This document shows positions 45,846 through 56,740 of a DNA stretch of 64,000 nucleotides, in pieces (position 1 is the first letter of the stretch; every line of letters starts with the position of its first letter). The translations under genes were made by a program, and so were the position numbers. The notes under the pieces are model-generated. The model saw nothing but the letters and a program-made list of their open reading frames with translations, made no database searches and had not been told where the DNA came from. Source of the stretch: a virus (Duplodnaviria > Caudoviricetes); the IMG/VR virus record IMGVR_UViG_3300035520_001075, positions 64,001-128,000 of that record; one strand, 5' to 3'.

Positions 45846-47348
45846 ATGATAACAAATACATCATCCCTAACCTTTCTCCCATCTGACCTCTCCGATGCAA
45901 CTGCCCAATCTCCATCTCTCACAATCACTCTAAATAATAAAGATTACGAAATAACTAAAACAAAAACCTTAAAAATAGTAGCAACTCTATCAAGCAAATC
46001 TGACCCAAGCATTTCTTATTCCGATTCAAAAACAATCTATCTCAAAGGAATAAGTGAAATTGAAATTGAAGAAGAACTTCCAGAACCGCCAACAGTAATC
46101 AATGGCTCATTCCCAGAAGGCTTTACTTCTGATGACCTTGTAATTATCTATAATACCGATGAATCTTATTCTTCTACCTTAGATATTGATTCTTTAAATA
46201 AGATGGCATTAGATTATATGGCAAACATTGGCAAAGAAGTAGACTCAAATACAATTTACTACCAAAAAGATAGCTCTGGAAGAATTTACGTGCTTGTTAG
46301 AAAAGACGATACAACATCTTATGATAACGACCTAATAACCCTTGAAGATGGAACTTTATGTTATAAAGTCTATATTGACGGCAGTTGTGAAATAGTTGGA
46401 TTCCAAGACAATAGCGGCGGCTCTGATTTCAATCTTGAATTAGGTACTGGTTATTACTATGCGATAGCAAATCAGCTTTACTTATTTAACTGCGTTTCCG
46501 CAAGACTTGTCAATTACAACACGACTCAAACTGGATTCTGGTTAAATGGAGAAACAGAATCAGATATTAAAATGTTCACAGACCAAGAAACTTATAAAAA
46601 TCATGCATATTATCTTGCTGTTGGTAGTGGGGTGACGAAAACTCCACTCCCAGCAATATCATCAGACGAAAACGTGACTCTTTGTTTTACAGCAGGAACA
46701 ATGAGGAAATTAGTTATCTCTGATACAATTGAAACAATTGAATATTTTGCAGATATTGTTAATGCAACAGATGGTATTATTATTTCTTCTTCCGTTAAGA
46801 AAATAGGGGACTATGCTTTTTATGGAAGCTCAATAAGCGGACAGATAACAATCAACTCGCCGCAATTAGAAGAAATAGGACGCTATGCTTTTGCTAATAT
46901 GACAAATTTATCATTGCTTAATATTAATGCTGACGACAATGGATATTGTATTTTACCAAAGAATTTAAAAACAATTAAAGAATATGCTTTCTATAGAAGT
47001 TCAGGATTAAATAAAATAAGTTTTTCAAGTTGTGAGAAATTAACAACGGTTGAAAAAGAAGCCTTCTCGTCTTGTTCTAATTTGAGATATGTTAAATACT
47101 TAGAATCTCAAGTAGAACCAGACAATATAAGCTCAACTCAACTTTTGTACTTGCCGCCAGACCGTGGAACAGGCGGTAATTATGCTCCAAGAAAAACAAC
47201 AGATTCTTCAAACAACACAGTAATTACAGCTTTATATGCTTATGATTATACAAGTGAGTATGCTTATCCAAACACAACATAGGACGAAATTGAAAACAGT
47301 ACCTATACTTTTTTAAATTGTTCTAATATAGAATGGATTTGTGAATAA
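45846..47348 (+). CDS. BspA-type leucine-rich repeat (LRR_5) protein; TAG readthrough extends it to 500 aa
   Basis: IGDYAFY, IGRYAFA, IKEYAFY, VEKEAFSSC repeats; TAG at 47280 is followed by another FLNCSNI-type segment. Confidence 0.75.
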
Positions 47349-47435
47349 TAAAAGAAAGAAGTCAGGAGAAATCTTGACTTCTTTTTCTAATTGTGGTATA
47401 ATAGTTATAGAAGATTTGAAAAGGAGGATTTTGAA

Positions 47436-48536
47436 ATGAAATTAGATGCTAAACAAGAAAGAGTTGTAAAGGCTACAGATAATAAAATTCTTTGCTTGGC
47501 TACTGCTGGAGCAGGCAAGAGCTCTGTTATTGTCGAGAAGATTAGATATTTAATTACACGAAAAAGAGTTAATCCTGAGGATATTGTTGCAATTACTTTT
47601 ACCAATCAGGCGGCACAGGAAATGGTTGAGAGATTAGATGGTATTGCTGATAATATGTTTATTGGTACTATTCATTCCTATGCCAACAAAATTTGTTCGG
47701 CTAATGGAATTGATAATACTGAAAATATATTGCAACAGAACTTTGATAAGATTATTGAGAAAGCTTTGCTTTTGCCGCAAGAAAAATATATCCATATTAG
47801 GTATTTATTTGTTGATGAATGTCAGGATATTAGTAAGTTAGAATATAATTTTCTAATGGAAATTCCTACAGATAATATATTTTTAGTAGGAGATGAAAGA
47901 CAGCAGATTTATTCTTTCAGAGGAACATCAGATGTTTATCTTAGAGAAATGTATTTAAATGATGGGTATACTAAGTATTTTCTTGTAAATAACTATAGAA
48001 GTGCTCCAAATATAATTAAATTTGCAGAAGACTTTATTAAGAATTCTGAAAATCTTAGTCCTGCGGCCGTTCCAATTAAGACCAAAAATGGGGCTATTGA
48101 AGAATGTCCTTTTAATAATGCTGTAGATGAATTAGAATGGTCAGGAGATTGGGGCAATTGGGCAATTCTAACAAGAACTAATAATGAATTAGAAAGAGCA
48201 CAGGAAATTTTAAATGAGAGAGAAATACCTAATATTACTTTCAAAAAAGGAGATTTAGATAATACTATTTTAAAAAGTTTAATGGCTACTAATAGAGTTA
48301 AAGTACTGACGGTGCACGCATCGAAGGGCCTTAGCTTTCCAAACGTGATTGCTGTTGGGGAGAGAACTTATAACGAAGAAGAAAGACGAATTGCCTATGT
48401 CGCTGCCACCAGAGCAGAGCGAGTTCTCTATTGGTGCCCTACAATTGCTAAGAGGTCTATGGGAAAAAAGGATTTAAGCTTTAAGCAAAAGAATAATATT
48501 TTTAATAAATCCGCAATAGGAGTGATTGAATTTTAA
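47436..48536 (+). CDS. Compact UvrD/Rep-like SF1 helicase
   Basis: ATAGAGKS, TFTN, GTIHS, VDECQD, GDERQ, NYRS, TVHASKGL, YVAATRA. Confidence 0.9.
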   Translation: MKLDAKQERVVKATDNKILCLATAGAGKSSVIVEKIRYLITRKRVNPEDIVAITFTNQAAQEMVERLDGIADNMFIGTIHSYANKICSANGIDNTENILQQNFDKIIEKALLLPQEKYIHIRYLFVDECQDISKLEYNFLMEIPTDNIFLVGDERQQIYSFRGTSDVYLREMYLNDGYTKYFLVNNYRSAPNIIKFAEDFIKNSENLSPAAVPIKTKNGAIEECPFNNAVDELEWSGDWGNWAILTRTNNELERAQEILNEREIPNITFKKGDLDNTILKSLMATNRVKVLTVHASKGLSFPNVIAVGERTYNEEERRIAYVAATRAERVLYWCPTIAKRSMGKKDLSFKQKNNIFNKSAIGVIEF

Positions 48537-49054
48537 TGAAGAATTATGTATTATATGAAGATGATGAACTAAGAGTAGAATTAGACGGATTATTTCATAA
48601 AATGATAAAAGAAAGTCATGTTCAGACTATTAACCCAAACAAGAATACTACTAACTTACTATTATCATTAGCAGTTGCTGAGCTTAAAAAAAGAGGGATT
48701 GAGAAGAAAGGAAGAAAGTTCCTTTGCTGTTCAAACTCCCCAGTAATTTCTTATGGTCAGGGAATTGGCTTATCAGAGCCTTTTAATGTTTTTGATGCGG
48801 GCTTGAATTTTTTGGCTATGCAAGAAGATATTAATAGCAATATTGATGATTTAGAACAAGCTTTAAGCGATATGTATATGGAACATCAAAATAAAAAGGT
48901 TTATTGTAAAGTTTTTAAAAAGCCTTTTAATCAAATTAAAGGCTATTTGGTTGCTGAAGAAGAAGACCAATTTATAATTCTTTTTTGGGCTTATGAAGAA
49001 TTTGAAGATGATGATGGAGATTTTGAAGATGATGATGAAGATATTTTATTATGA
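48536..49054 (+). CDS. Hypothetical protein with acidic tail
   Basis: ORF coupled to the helicase. Confidence 0.6.
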   Translation: MKNYVLYEDDELRVELDGLFHKMIKESHVQTINPNKNTTNLLLSLAVAELKKRGIEKKGRKFLCCSNSPVISYGQGIGLSEPFNVFDAGLNFLAMQEDINSNIDDLEQALSDMYMEHQNKKVYCKVFKKPFNQIKGYLVAEEEDQFIILFWAYEEFEDDDGDFEDDDEDILL

Positions 49055-49155
49055 AAAAGGTGTAATTTTAGCACTTTATAATTAGTGTTCTTAATTGAAC
49101 ATTTTTAAGCGTGAATCCTTAATAGTCGAAAGACTTAATTAAGGAGGAATTTTAA

Positions 49156-50187
49156 ATGAAAAGAAAAATAATGTTAATTTGTGCTGGCTTTATAATATTT
49201 GTCAGTAGTATAGTAATCACAACCCTTGAAGCCACGGACTTCTTTAAGCAGAAAGATGATTATCTATCTGCAGCAAGTGAGTTGTTGAATGAAATTGAAT
49301 CTCCAATTGAAATTGAGGTTGGAGAAAAAACAACAATATCAACAGAAAATTATACCTACAGCATTAAAGATAATGACGTTGCCGCAATAACGAAAGATAA
49401 CCAACTTTTTGGCGTGGCGGCTGGCACAAGAGATATTCAAATAGAAAATGAATATGGACAAACACGTACTATAAAAGTAATAGTTAAGTCAAATAAGATA
49501 AAGAATAGCCCTAATACAATTACAATAGGCACCACTTCAACAACTTTATCATCTACACTCACCACTTCAACGGTCTTAACTACTACTAATTCTTCAACGA
49601 CAGAAAAAGTAATAACAACTATTAAAACAGAAAAAGAAACAATTGCAACTACAACAACAGAAAAAATAGTAGAAAAAATAGTTTATAAACCAAGTACTCA
49701 CTATGTTCACAGGTCAACTTGCCAGTGGGCATCTGAAGAGTGCTATGAGATTACAACGACAGAGGGTATAGAAGCTCGACTTTGTGATGAATGTAATCCT
49801 AACATTGAAATTATTACTTTATATGAAGAACCAATTACTTCTAATTTATCATTTGTAAAGACTTTTACAAGAGGAACTTATTATGCTTATGGCGGCGGTC
49901 GTTGTGGAGGCTCTGGTCGCTCATTAATAGATTGCTCTTGGGGTAATGGAACTGTTAAAGGTTCTATTGCAAGTTCTTATCTTTATAGTCTTTATGGATA
50001 TAATTACAACGGCCGCACAATGGTTTACTTAGAAGTAAAAGGTTATCCAAGTATGAATGGATATTATTACGTTGATGATTCTGATGCAGGAAATTCTAAT
50101 GTAATAGATTTCTTTTACTACTATGGCAGTAATTGTCAATTCCGTAATCAGGGAGTTGTATCAGTAGATTGCTATATAGTGAGATAA
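49156..50187 (+). CDS. Secreted/membrane-anchored protein with Ig-like domain, Thr-rich linker and 3D-like C-terminus
   Basis: N-terminal TM/signal; YYVDDSD..N.NVIDFF Asp pattern. Confidence 0.55.
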   Translation: MKRKIMLICAGFIIFVSSIVITTLEATDFFKQKDDYLSAASELLNEIESPIEIEVGEKTTISTENYTYSIKDNDVAAITKDNQLFGVAAGTRDIQIENEYGQTRTIKVIVKSNKIKNSPNTITIGTTSTTLSSTLTTSTVLTTTNSSTTEKVITTIKTEKETIATTTTEKIVEKIVYKPSTHYVHRSTCQWASEECYEITTTEGIEARLCDECNPNIEIITLYEEPITSNLSFVKTFTRGTYYAYGGGRCGGSGRSLIDCSWGNGTVKGSIASSYLYSLYGYNYNGRTMVYLEVKGYPSMNGYYYVDDSDAGNSNVIDFFYYYGSNCQFRNQGVVSVDCYIVR

Positions 50188-50421
50188 AAGGAAAAGGAAT
50201 TATGATTGGCACTCATAATGAAAAGATAAGCAATTGAAATTTGGCAAACTTCAATGCTTTTAGCAGAAAAGGTAAACAAAAGACAAAAGCAGAAAATATT
50301 ATTATGAGGATTCACGCACAAAGGAGAGCAGTTTTTAACTGCTCTTTTTCTTTTATATTTGACTTTTTGGGGAATTTATGGTATAATTATTATAGAAAAA
50401 TTGAGAAAGGAGGAATTGAAA

Positions 50422-50982
50422 ATGGTTTGGATTGCCGCAGATTTAAATTTCTTTTCTAAGGTAGAAGCAGATAATTTATCTTATTCTATTGAAGAATATA
50501 ATAATTTTATAATTAGGAATTGGAATGAAGCTGTAGAAGAAAATGACACAGTTATAATTCTTGGAAAAATTACTGAGAATGATGACGAAGAAGAAATGAC
50601 CAAAATTTTTTCTCAGCTAAATGGAACAATTAGCTATGAATGTATGAATAATGATAAAGATTTTGTTAAAAAATGGGAAAGAATTGGTTGTGAATTTATA
50701 GGAAATCTTAATAATTTTGTAGTGGGAATAATTGATGGTGAGGAAACATCTGTCAGAATTTATAATGATAAAATTTATTATCAAAGAGCTATAAAAAATA
50801 TAGGACTTGATAAAATTTTTATTGCTGTGCCGCAAAGTATTTCTAATATTGATGAGCCTTATAAAAATGGGGTCTTAAATATTAGTCTTAAAAAATGGGG
50901 TTATGCTCCTTTGTCTTACGATTCTTTACCTAACTTAATTAATAGCATGAGAGAATTAGAAGAAATGGAAAATTTTGAATAA
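50422..50982 (+). CDS. Degenerate calcineurin-like phosphoesterase
   Basis: WIAADLNF, WNEAV...D.V..LG; metal ligands partly missing. Confidence 0.55.
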   Translation: MVWIAADLNFFSKVEADNLSYSIEEYNNFIIRNWNEAVEENDTVIILGKITENDDEEEMTKIFSQLNGTISYECMNNDKDFVKKWERIGCEFIGNLNNFVVGIIDGEETSVRIYNDKIYYQRAIKNIGLDKIFIAVPQSISNIDEPYKNGVLNISLKKWGYAPLSYDSLPNLINSMRELEEMENFE

Positions 50983-50997
50983 GAGGGGAGGAAGATA

Positions 50998-51828
50998 ATG
51001 TTAGCAAAAAGATGGAATCAGAATGGAAAAGTTATAATTTTAAGTGAAACTACAGATGAACCAATTACTCTTGCTGGTGAAATGGCAGGAAAATGTTGGG
51101 CAGCTGATACTGCTTCTCATGAAAAGAATTTTAAAAGAGGACTTGATTGCTTAAAAAGTGGTCATGGTCGAGTTTTAGAGTATGCTCAAATTTATATGGA
51201 GATTAGCGGCTATTCAGCAAGAGTTATTAGAGAGTTTGAAAGACACATAGGCGGCAGCCCTACTTATCTTCAGGAATCAACACGTTATGTTCTTGATGAG
51301 AATTTTGGTTTTATTACGCCGCCGTCCATTAAAAACAATAACGAGGCTAATACAGTTTATAATAATGTAATGAATACTATTGCTTATGGGATTGAGGAAC
51401 TAAAGAAAAATGGCACTCCAAAAGAAGATATTAGCATGATGCTTCCTCTTGGAATGGAAACGAAAATAGTCCATAGAACTAATCTAAGAAATTTAATAGA
51501 TATGAGTAGAGTGAGATTATGTAGTCGAGCTTATTGGGAATATCGTCAGCTTATGAAAGATATTTTGGAGAGTCTTTCTATTTATTCAGATGAGTGGGAA
51601 TATTTAATTAAAGAGGAAAGAATTTTTAAGCCGAAATGTGAAGACGCAGGATATTGTAATGAGAAGTTTTCATGTGGTTATATTAATAAAATACAGAAAG
51701 ATAATAATAAATTAACCGAAGACCAAAAATAGCTTATCGAGTATGGAAAAGAACATCTGAATGAATATTGGTCGGTTTATCATCTTAGATATGATGAGGA
51801 AACTGGAAAGATAGTAAAAGATGAATAA
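50998..51828 (+). CDS. thyX: FAD-dependent thymidylate synthase (TAG at 51730 probably read through to TAA 51828)
   Basis: SGHGRVLEY, REFERH, QESTRY, NLRNL, RLCSRAYWE. Confidence 0.88.
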
Positions 51829-51837
51829 GGAGGCTAT

Positions 51838-52878
51838 ATGAATACAGCTATATTAATATTAATTTGCTTTGCTTGTGCGATTGGCGGTGCAGGGCTATTA
51901 GAAATTGCTTATCTGTTATTGCCTTTTAAGAAGACAAAATAGAACTTTTCTGATGAATAGGAAGCAGTAATTAAAGGCTTGACTAAGAAAAAAGATTCTT
52001 ATGAAAAAGAAATTACCGCAGAAATTTAGAATAATATTAGAGAAATTAAAGAGGAAGAAAAAAATCTTAAAGAGCATTTCGAGGAAAAACAATTTCAGCA
52101 CGATAGAGCTATTGAAGAGCTTGAAATTCATTATAAGAAAAAGCAAGATGCTCTTAATGCTTTAGAAGAAGCTGCCGCAAAAGAAAGACATAATGATTTA
52201 TCTAAGAAAATTGCCGATGAACAAGCAGCGGCTACTGTAGAATTAGGAAAAATCCAGCAAGATTATAAAGATAAAAAAGATGAAATAGAAAATGATTTTT
52301 TTCAATTCAGCGAGCAAATAAATTCTCAAAGGGCGACTCTTGAAGAAGAGCTTAGGCAATATCAGCAACAGCAAAAAGAAGTTATTGCTCGCTTTAAAAA
52401 AGATGAGGAAATTAGACAACAAAGAGATTTTTACCATATTACTATTACTGAAAATGCAAAACGAGATATTAAGAAATTAAAAGATTTGGCTCTTGAATTT
52501 TCTAAGCCAGAAGCCTTGTACAAAGTTATCTATGATGTTTACTATAAAAGTAAAGTTGAAGAGCTTTTTGATAGGGTATTAGGAGATAATAAAGATAAAG
52601 GTGGTATTTATAAGATTACTAATATTAATAATGAAAAAGCCTATGTTGGTAGAACTATTAACTTCAAAAATCGTTTCAAGGAACACGTTAAACGAGGTTG
52701 TGGGCTTGACGTAATTAATGGTAGAATTTATGATGTAATGTTTAATGAGGGCATAGAAAATTTTTCTTTTGAAGTAATAGAAGTTTGTGATAGAAGTGAG
52801 CAAGCCGCAAAAGAAAAATATTGGATTAATTTCTATGGAACATTAAGCTATGGATATAATTCTCGACAAGGCGGCTAA
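51838..52878 (+). CDS. TM + coiled-coil + C-terminal GIY-YIG protein, 3 in-frame TAGs, 346 aa
   Basis: GGAGG RBS; TAGs at 51940, 51958, 52027; continuous frame into GIYKITN..YVG. Confidence 0.78.
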
Positions 52879-53047
52879 GCTAAAAAGATTTTACTTTTTC
52901 TATAAACTATGATATAATTATTATAGTAAATGAGAAAGAGAGGATTAAAAGAATGATGACGATTATTGTTATAGTAATAGCATTCTTATTACTTTATAAC
53001 TTTTATAATTTTTTATTTGATTTATTTTTCTAAGGAGGAAAACATAT

Positions 53048-53293
53048 ATGTTTAATAGAATTGAGCTTGGTGGAATGACTGATATTAAGGACTTTGTTAA
53101 AGTTTGTGAATCGGTTGAAGGGAAAGTTGAACTTGTATCTAAGAAAAATGGGTATAGAGTTAATGGTAAATCAATCGTTGGTGCAATTGCGAGTTTGGAG
53201 TTTGATGACCTTTGGGTTTATTCAGAAGAGGACATCTATAGTAAAATTGAAAGATGGGTTATTACAGATGATAGTGTAAGTATTCATAGCTAA
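53048..53293 (+). CDS. HPr-like protein
   Basis: RVNGKSIVGA (Ser46-like motif); no His15 motif. Confidence 0.65.
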   Translation: MFNRIELGGMTDIKDFVKVCESVEGKVELVSKKNGYRVNGKSIVGAIASLEFDDLWVYSEEDIYSKIERWVITDDSVSIHS

Positions 53294-53319
53294 TATTACG
53301 TAAATAGGAGAAATAATTA

Positions 53320-54267
53320 TTGATTAAAATTATTGAACTCTTTTCAGGCGTTGGCACACAAATAAGAGCTTTTAAGAACGTCTATGATGACGTTGAATCA
53401 ATTGGGATTAGTGAAATTGATAAGAGAGCTATTAAAGCCTATAATATTTTAAATTCTGAAACGAAAAATTTTGGAGATATTACAAAGATAGAATCCTTAC
53501 CAATTTCTGATGTCTGGACTTATTCATTTCCTTGCACTGATTTGTCCATTGCAGGAAAGCAGAAGGGTTTTCAAGGAGAAAATTCCTCACTGCTTTATCA
53601 GGTTAAGAGATTGTTAATAAACTCTAATAAACCTAAAATTCTAATAATGGAAAATGTTGCTAATTTGTTAAGTCCTAAATTTTATGATGACTTTTCTGAT
53701 TGGGTTTCTTTTTTAGCATCATTGGGCTATGCTAATTCTTGGACTAAAGTTAGAGCTTGTGATTATGGAGGACTATCTATACGAAATAGGGTCTATATGG
53801 TTTCTGTTTTGGGAGACAGAGGATTAATTTTTCCACAAAATTTTACAAGTAAAACTATCGTTAAAGATATTCTTTTGCCGCCACAACCAGAATTCTTAGT
53901 TGATAGTGATACTTCTTTATATCATGAAATAGAACCTAACTATGGCAATTCAATTCGTATTGGAAATCTTCAAGGCAAAGAAGGACAGGGCAACAGAATT
54001 TATTCAATTTTTGGTCAAGCTATTACTTTAACTTCTAATGGAGGAGGTAAAGCTGGCTCAAGTGGCGGCTTATATGCACGAGAAACAGGAATTTATAAAC
54101 TAAGTGGAATTGAAATGATGAGGATAATGGGCTGGAGTTTAGAAGATTCTATTAAGCTGAATAGTGAAATGAGTTATAGGGCTGTTGGATTTTTAATGGG
54201 GAACTCTATAGATTTAACAGTATTAACCCGAATTGTAGAACAAATTAAAGCATTAGGGCTATTATAA
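53320..54267 (+). CDS. C5-cytosine DNA methyltransferase
   Basis: ELFSGVG, GDI, SFPCTD, MENV, RNR, GNS motifs. Confidence 0.9.
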   Translation: MIKIIELFSGVGTQIRAFKNVYDDVESIGISEIDKRAIKAYNILNSETKNFGDITKIESLPISDVWTYSFPCTDLSIAGKQKGFQGENSSLLYQVKRLLINSNKPKILIMENVANLLSPKFYDDFSDWVSFLASLGYANSWTKVRACDYGGLSIRNRVYMVSVLGDRGLIFPQNFTSKTIVKDILLPPQPEFLVDSDTSLYHEIEPNYGNSIRIGNLQGKEGQGNRIYSIFGQAITLTSNGGGKAGSSGGLYARETGIYKLSGIEMMRIMGWSLEDSIKLNSEMSYRAVGFLMGNSIDLTVLTRIVEQIKALGLL

Positions 54268-54278
54268 AGGAGAACTAA

Positions 54279-54581
54279 ATGAAAATTACCCCTGAAATTG
54301 CAGAGCAAATTAATAAATTATATAGGGAAATTGGGGTTAAAAGCCAAGTAGCGAAGATAATAGGTTGTTCTCCATCTACTGTTTCAAGATATATTGTTGA
54401 AGACTATGTAGAAAACACAACGCCTATTGCTGGCTTTTCAAAATCAATTAGTAATTGCGATAGTTTTAAAGCTATTATAACTGAACTTGGCGGCGGAGCT
54501 ATAGGTTTTTGTAAAGCTTGTAATTTAACAGAAGCAGAAAAATTAGATTTATTAGAACTTCAAAAGGAGATTTGTCTATGA
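54279..54581 (+). CDS. HTH protein
   Basis: VAKIIGCSPSTVSRY; similar to the HTH repeats of 9680-10369. Confidence 0.6.
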   Translation: MKITPEIAEQINKLYREIGVKSQVAKIIGCSPSTVSRYIVEDYVENTTPIAGFSKSISNCDSFKAIITELGGGAIGFCKACNLTEAEKLDLLELQKEICL

Positions 54582-54877
54582 AGTTTATACCTCAAGAGAC
54601 TTATACCAATGAATATATGATTGGAATTGATGAAAGTCCTTTCAGAGAAGATAAAAATTATTGCTATACAAGTTCTTACTGGGTTCTACAAGCACGCCTG
54701 TTAGGCTTAACCTATCCAGATTACCTACGTTATCTGCGTTCAAAAGGGGCTAAGTTAAAAGGAAAATGTGGTTATAGCTCTGCGGCTTTTGTAGAAAAAA
54801 GCAGTGCTTTGGAGATTTGCAAGATTTTGAATAAAGAATGGGATAAGATGGAAGATTTCTTTAGACTTAATTCATAA
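54578..54877 (+). CDS. Hypothetical protein
   Basis: Coupled ORF. Confidence 0.55.
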   Translation: MKFIPQETYTNEYMIGIDESPFREDKNYCYTSSYWVLQARLLGLTYPDYLRYLRSKGAKLKGKCGYSSAAFVEKSSALEICKILNKEWDKMEDFFRLNS

Positions 54878-54967
54878 TAAAACTCACTTAAAAAGTAGGA
54901 GAATTTTCTCCTACTTTTATTTTTATATAAAAATAAAGAAAAATAATTAAAAGGAGATGATTAAGTT

Positions 54968-55510
54968 ATGGCTATAGCAGACCTTGTATATCCATCAGAC
55001 CTTAACGGATATTATTGCTGCCCTCCAACAAAGAAGGCATCTACATCAACTGATTCAACAGCAAGTTCAACAACAACAAATTGCAACTGTCAGCCTCCAG
55101 AGTATCCATATCCATACCCACCATTTGGCTATCCATACCCTCCAGTGCCGCCACAGTCAGAAATAAAGATTAAAAAGAATTCTGTTGAATCTCAGATTTG
55201 CAAGTTATCAAAGAAATCTGCTGTTATTAAGAAAATGATAGAAGATTTTGAAGATAAAAATAAAGATGCTATACTGAAAATCGGAGCTTCGACATATAAT
55301 TTTGGAAGTTTTTCTGTGATTACAGTAGAAGATGATGGCTCTAAATCAGAGGACGAATCTGTTTACGGCGAAACAATTCTCACAGACCTCCTTAAAAAAG
55401 AGCTTGAAGCTATCAAGACTAAGCTTGTAGAACTTACAAGTGAACTCGAAGATGAGGTTGGGGAATCAACAACCGTTGAAACAACTGAAAAGACAATAAC
55501 TCAGTCATGA
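54968..55510 (+). CDS. Hypothetical protein with Cys/Pro/Tyr-rich N-terminus and coiled coil
   Basis: YYCCPP, YPYPYPPFGYPYPP. Confidence 0.6.
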   Translation: MAIADLVYPSDLNGYYCCPPTKKASTSTDSTASSTTTNCNCQPPEYPYPYPPFGYPYPPVPPQSEIKIKKNSVESQICKLSKKSAVIKKMIEDFEDKNKDAILKIGASTYNFGSFSVITVEDDGSKSEDESVYGETILTDLLKKELEAIKTKLVELTSELEDEVGESTTVETTEKTITQS

Positions 55511-55601
55511 GGATATAAGTCAGGGGTTTATTAGCCCTTGACTTTTTTTATTTATTATGGTATAATTATTATAGAAAATAAAGAAAAGGAATGATTGCGG
55601 T

Positions 55602-55883
55602 ATGCTTACAAAAAGAACAGTTCCATATGAAGAAACAGAGAGAATACTTTTGTTTTTAAAACTTCTAAAATTAGAATATAGGACTATTCGTATTAATAAT
55701 TGCACAAGTGCTTTTCTTAGCTTTCTAAGAACAAGTGGTTTCCAGTATAACATAGGAAAAGATTCTAATCAGATTGAAATAGCAGGTAATACTATAGGTA
55801 TTGTAGAGCTTGAATACACAGAAGAATCTTTAAAGAAGCGAATTAAATTTCATGAGTCTTTAATCCCAGATTTTCTTGAATAA
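55602..55883 (+). CDS. Hypothetical protein
   Basis: ORF downstream of a promoter. Confidence 0.5.
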   Translation: MLTKRTVPYEETERILLFLKLLKLEYRTIRINNCTSAFLSFLRTSGFQYNIGKDSNQIEIAGNTIGIVELEYTEESLKKRIKFHESLIPDFLE

Positions 55884-55911
55884 AATTATAAATGAACGGA
55901 GGAAAACCAAA

Positions 55912-56229
55912 ATGAAAATCTTTATAAGTCAGCCAATGAACGGCAGAACAGATGAACAAATCCTTAAAGAACGTGCAGAAACAGAAAATTTCCTACGAGA
56001 AAAGTTCAAAAAAGAAAAAGTTGACATAAGCATAATCAATTCTTTTATCACAAATGTAGACCCTAATGCTGGACCGCTTTACTATCTTGGTCGTTCCATC
56101 TCTTTATTGGCGGCCGCCGATGCTATTTATTTTATAGGGGAATGGTATAATTCTCGTGGCTGTAGAATTGAGTATGATTGTGCTAAAGAATATGGAATTA
56201 AAATACTTGACTTTTCTAAAGAATCATGA
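55912..56229 (+). CDS. DUF4406 / nucleoside-deoxyribosyltransferase-like protein
   Basis: IFISQPMNG, ADAIYF..W..SRGCRIE. Confidence 0.7.
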   Translation: MKIFISQPMNGRTDEQILKERAETENFLREKFKKEKVDISIINSFITNVDPNAGPLYYLGRSISLLAAADAIYFIGEWYNSRGCRIEYDCAKEYGIKILDFSKES

Positions 56230-56261
56230 TATAATTATAGTATAATAAAAGGAGGGTTAAA

Positions 56262-56672
56262 ATGAAAGAAATAACTCTTAAAGAAGCTTGTAAAGCCGCA
56301 AAGAAAGCGACTTGCCGCATATCTAAAAAAGATAAAAAGCGTTATAAAGAATCTAAAAAATTCTATAAGAAAAATGGTTTCTATTTTGAAGATAGCTGGA
56401 ATCTTGATGCTTCAATTGCCGCTTTTATCTTACCTCGCTTAGTCCAATTGCGAGATGTGGGACAAGGCTGTCCAAGCTCTTTGGTAAATAATGATAAAAG
56501 CCCAAATCAAAATGAATGCCATATAGAATGGCGTAAAATATTGAACACGATGATAAATGGTTATTACTTATATTGTACAAAAGAACATTTTGATTGGAAA
56601 GAAAAAGATTTTGAACTTTGGAGACAAACAAAGCAGCTAACAATGCAATATTATGAATCTCTTTGGGACTAA
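56262..56672 (+). CDS. Hypothetical phage protein
   Basis: WNLD..IA..ILPRL, W..IL..MI, LWD pattern. Confidence 0.6.
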   Translation: MKEITLKEACKAAKKATCRISKKDKKRYKESKKFYKKNGFYFEDSWNLDASIAAFILPRLVQLRDVGQGCPSSLVNNDKSPNQNECHIEWRKILNTMINGYYLYCTKEHFDWKEKDFELWRQTKQLTMQYYESLWD

Positions 56673-56740
56673 AATACTTTACTTTTATTCTCAATTATGA
56701 TATAATAATTATAGTAAATTAAAGAAAGGAGGAAATAAAA

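Noticed and set aside
45837-45848. In-frame TGA between the 1256-aa protein and the LRR gene, read as TGA recoding
   Set aside because: Single case. GGGTGA is a plausible RBS for ATG 45846, and TGA ends many other genes normally.
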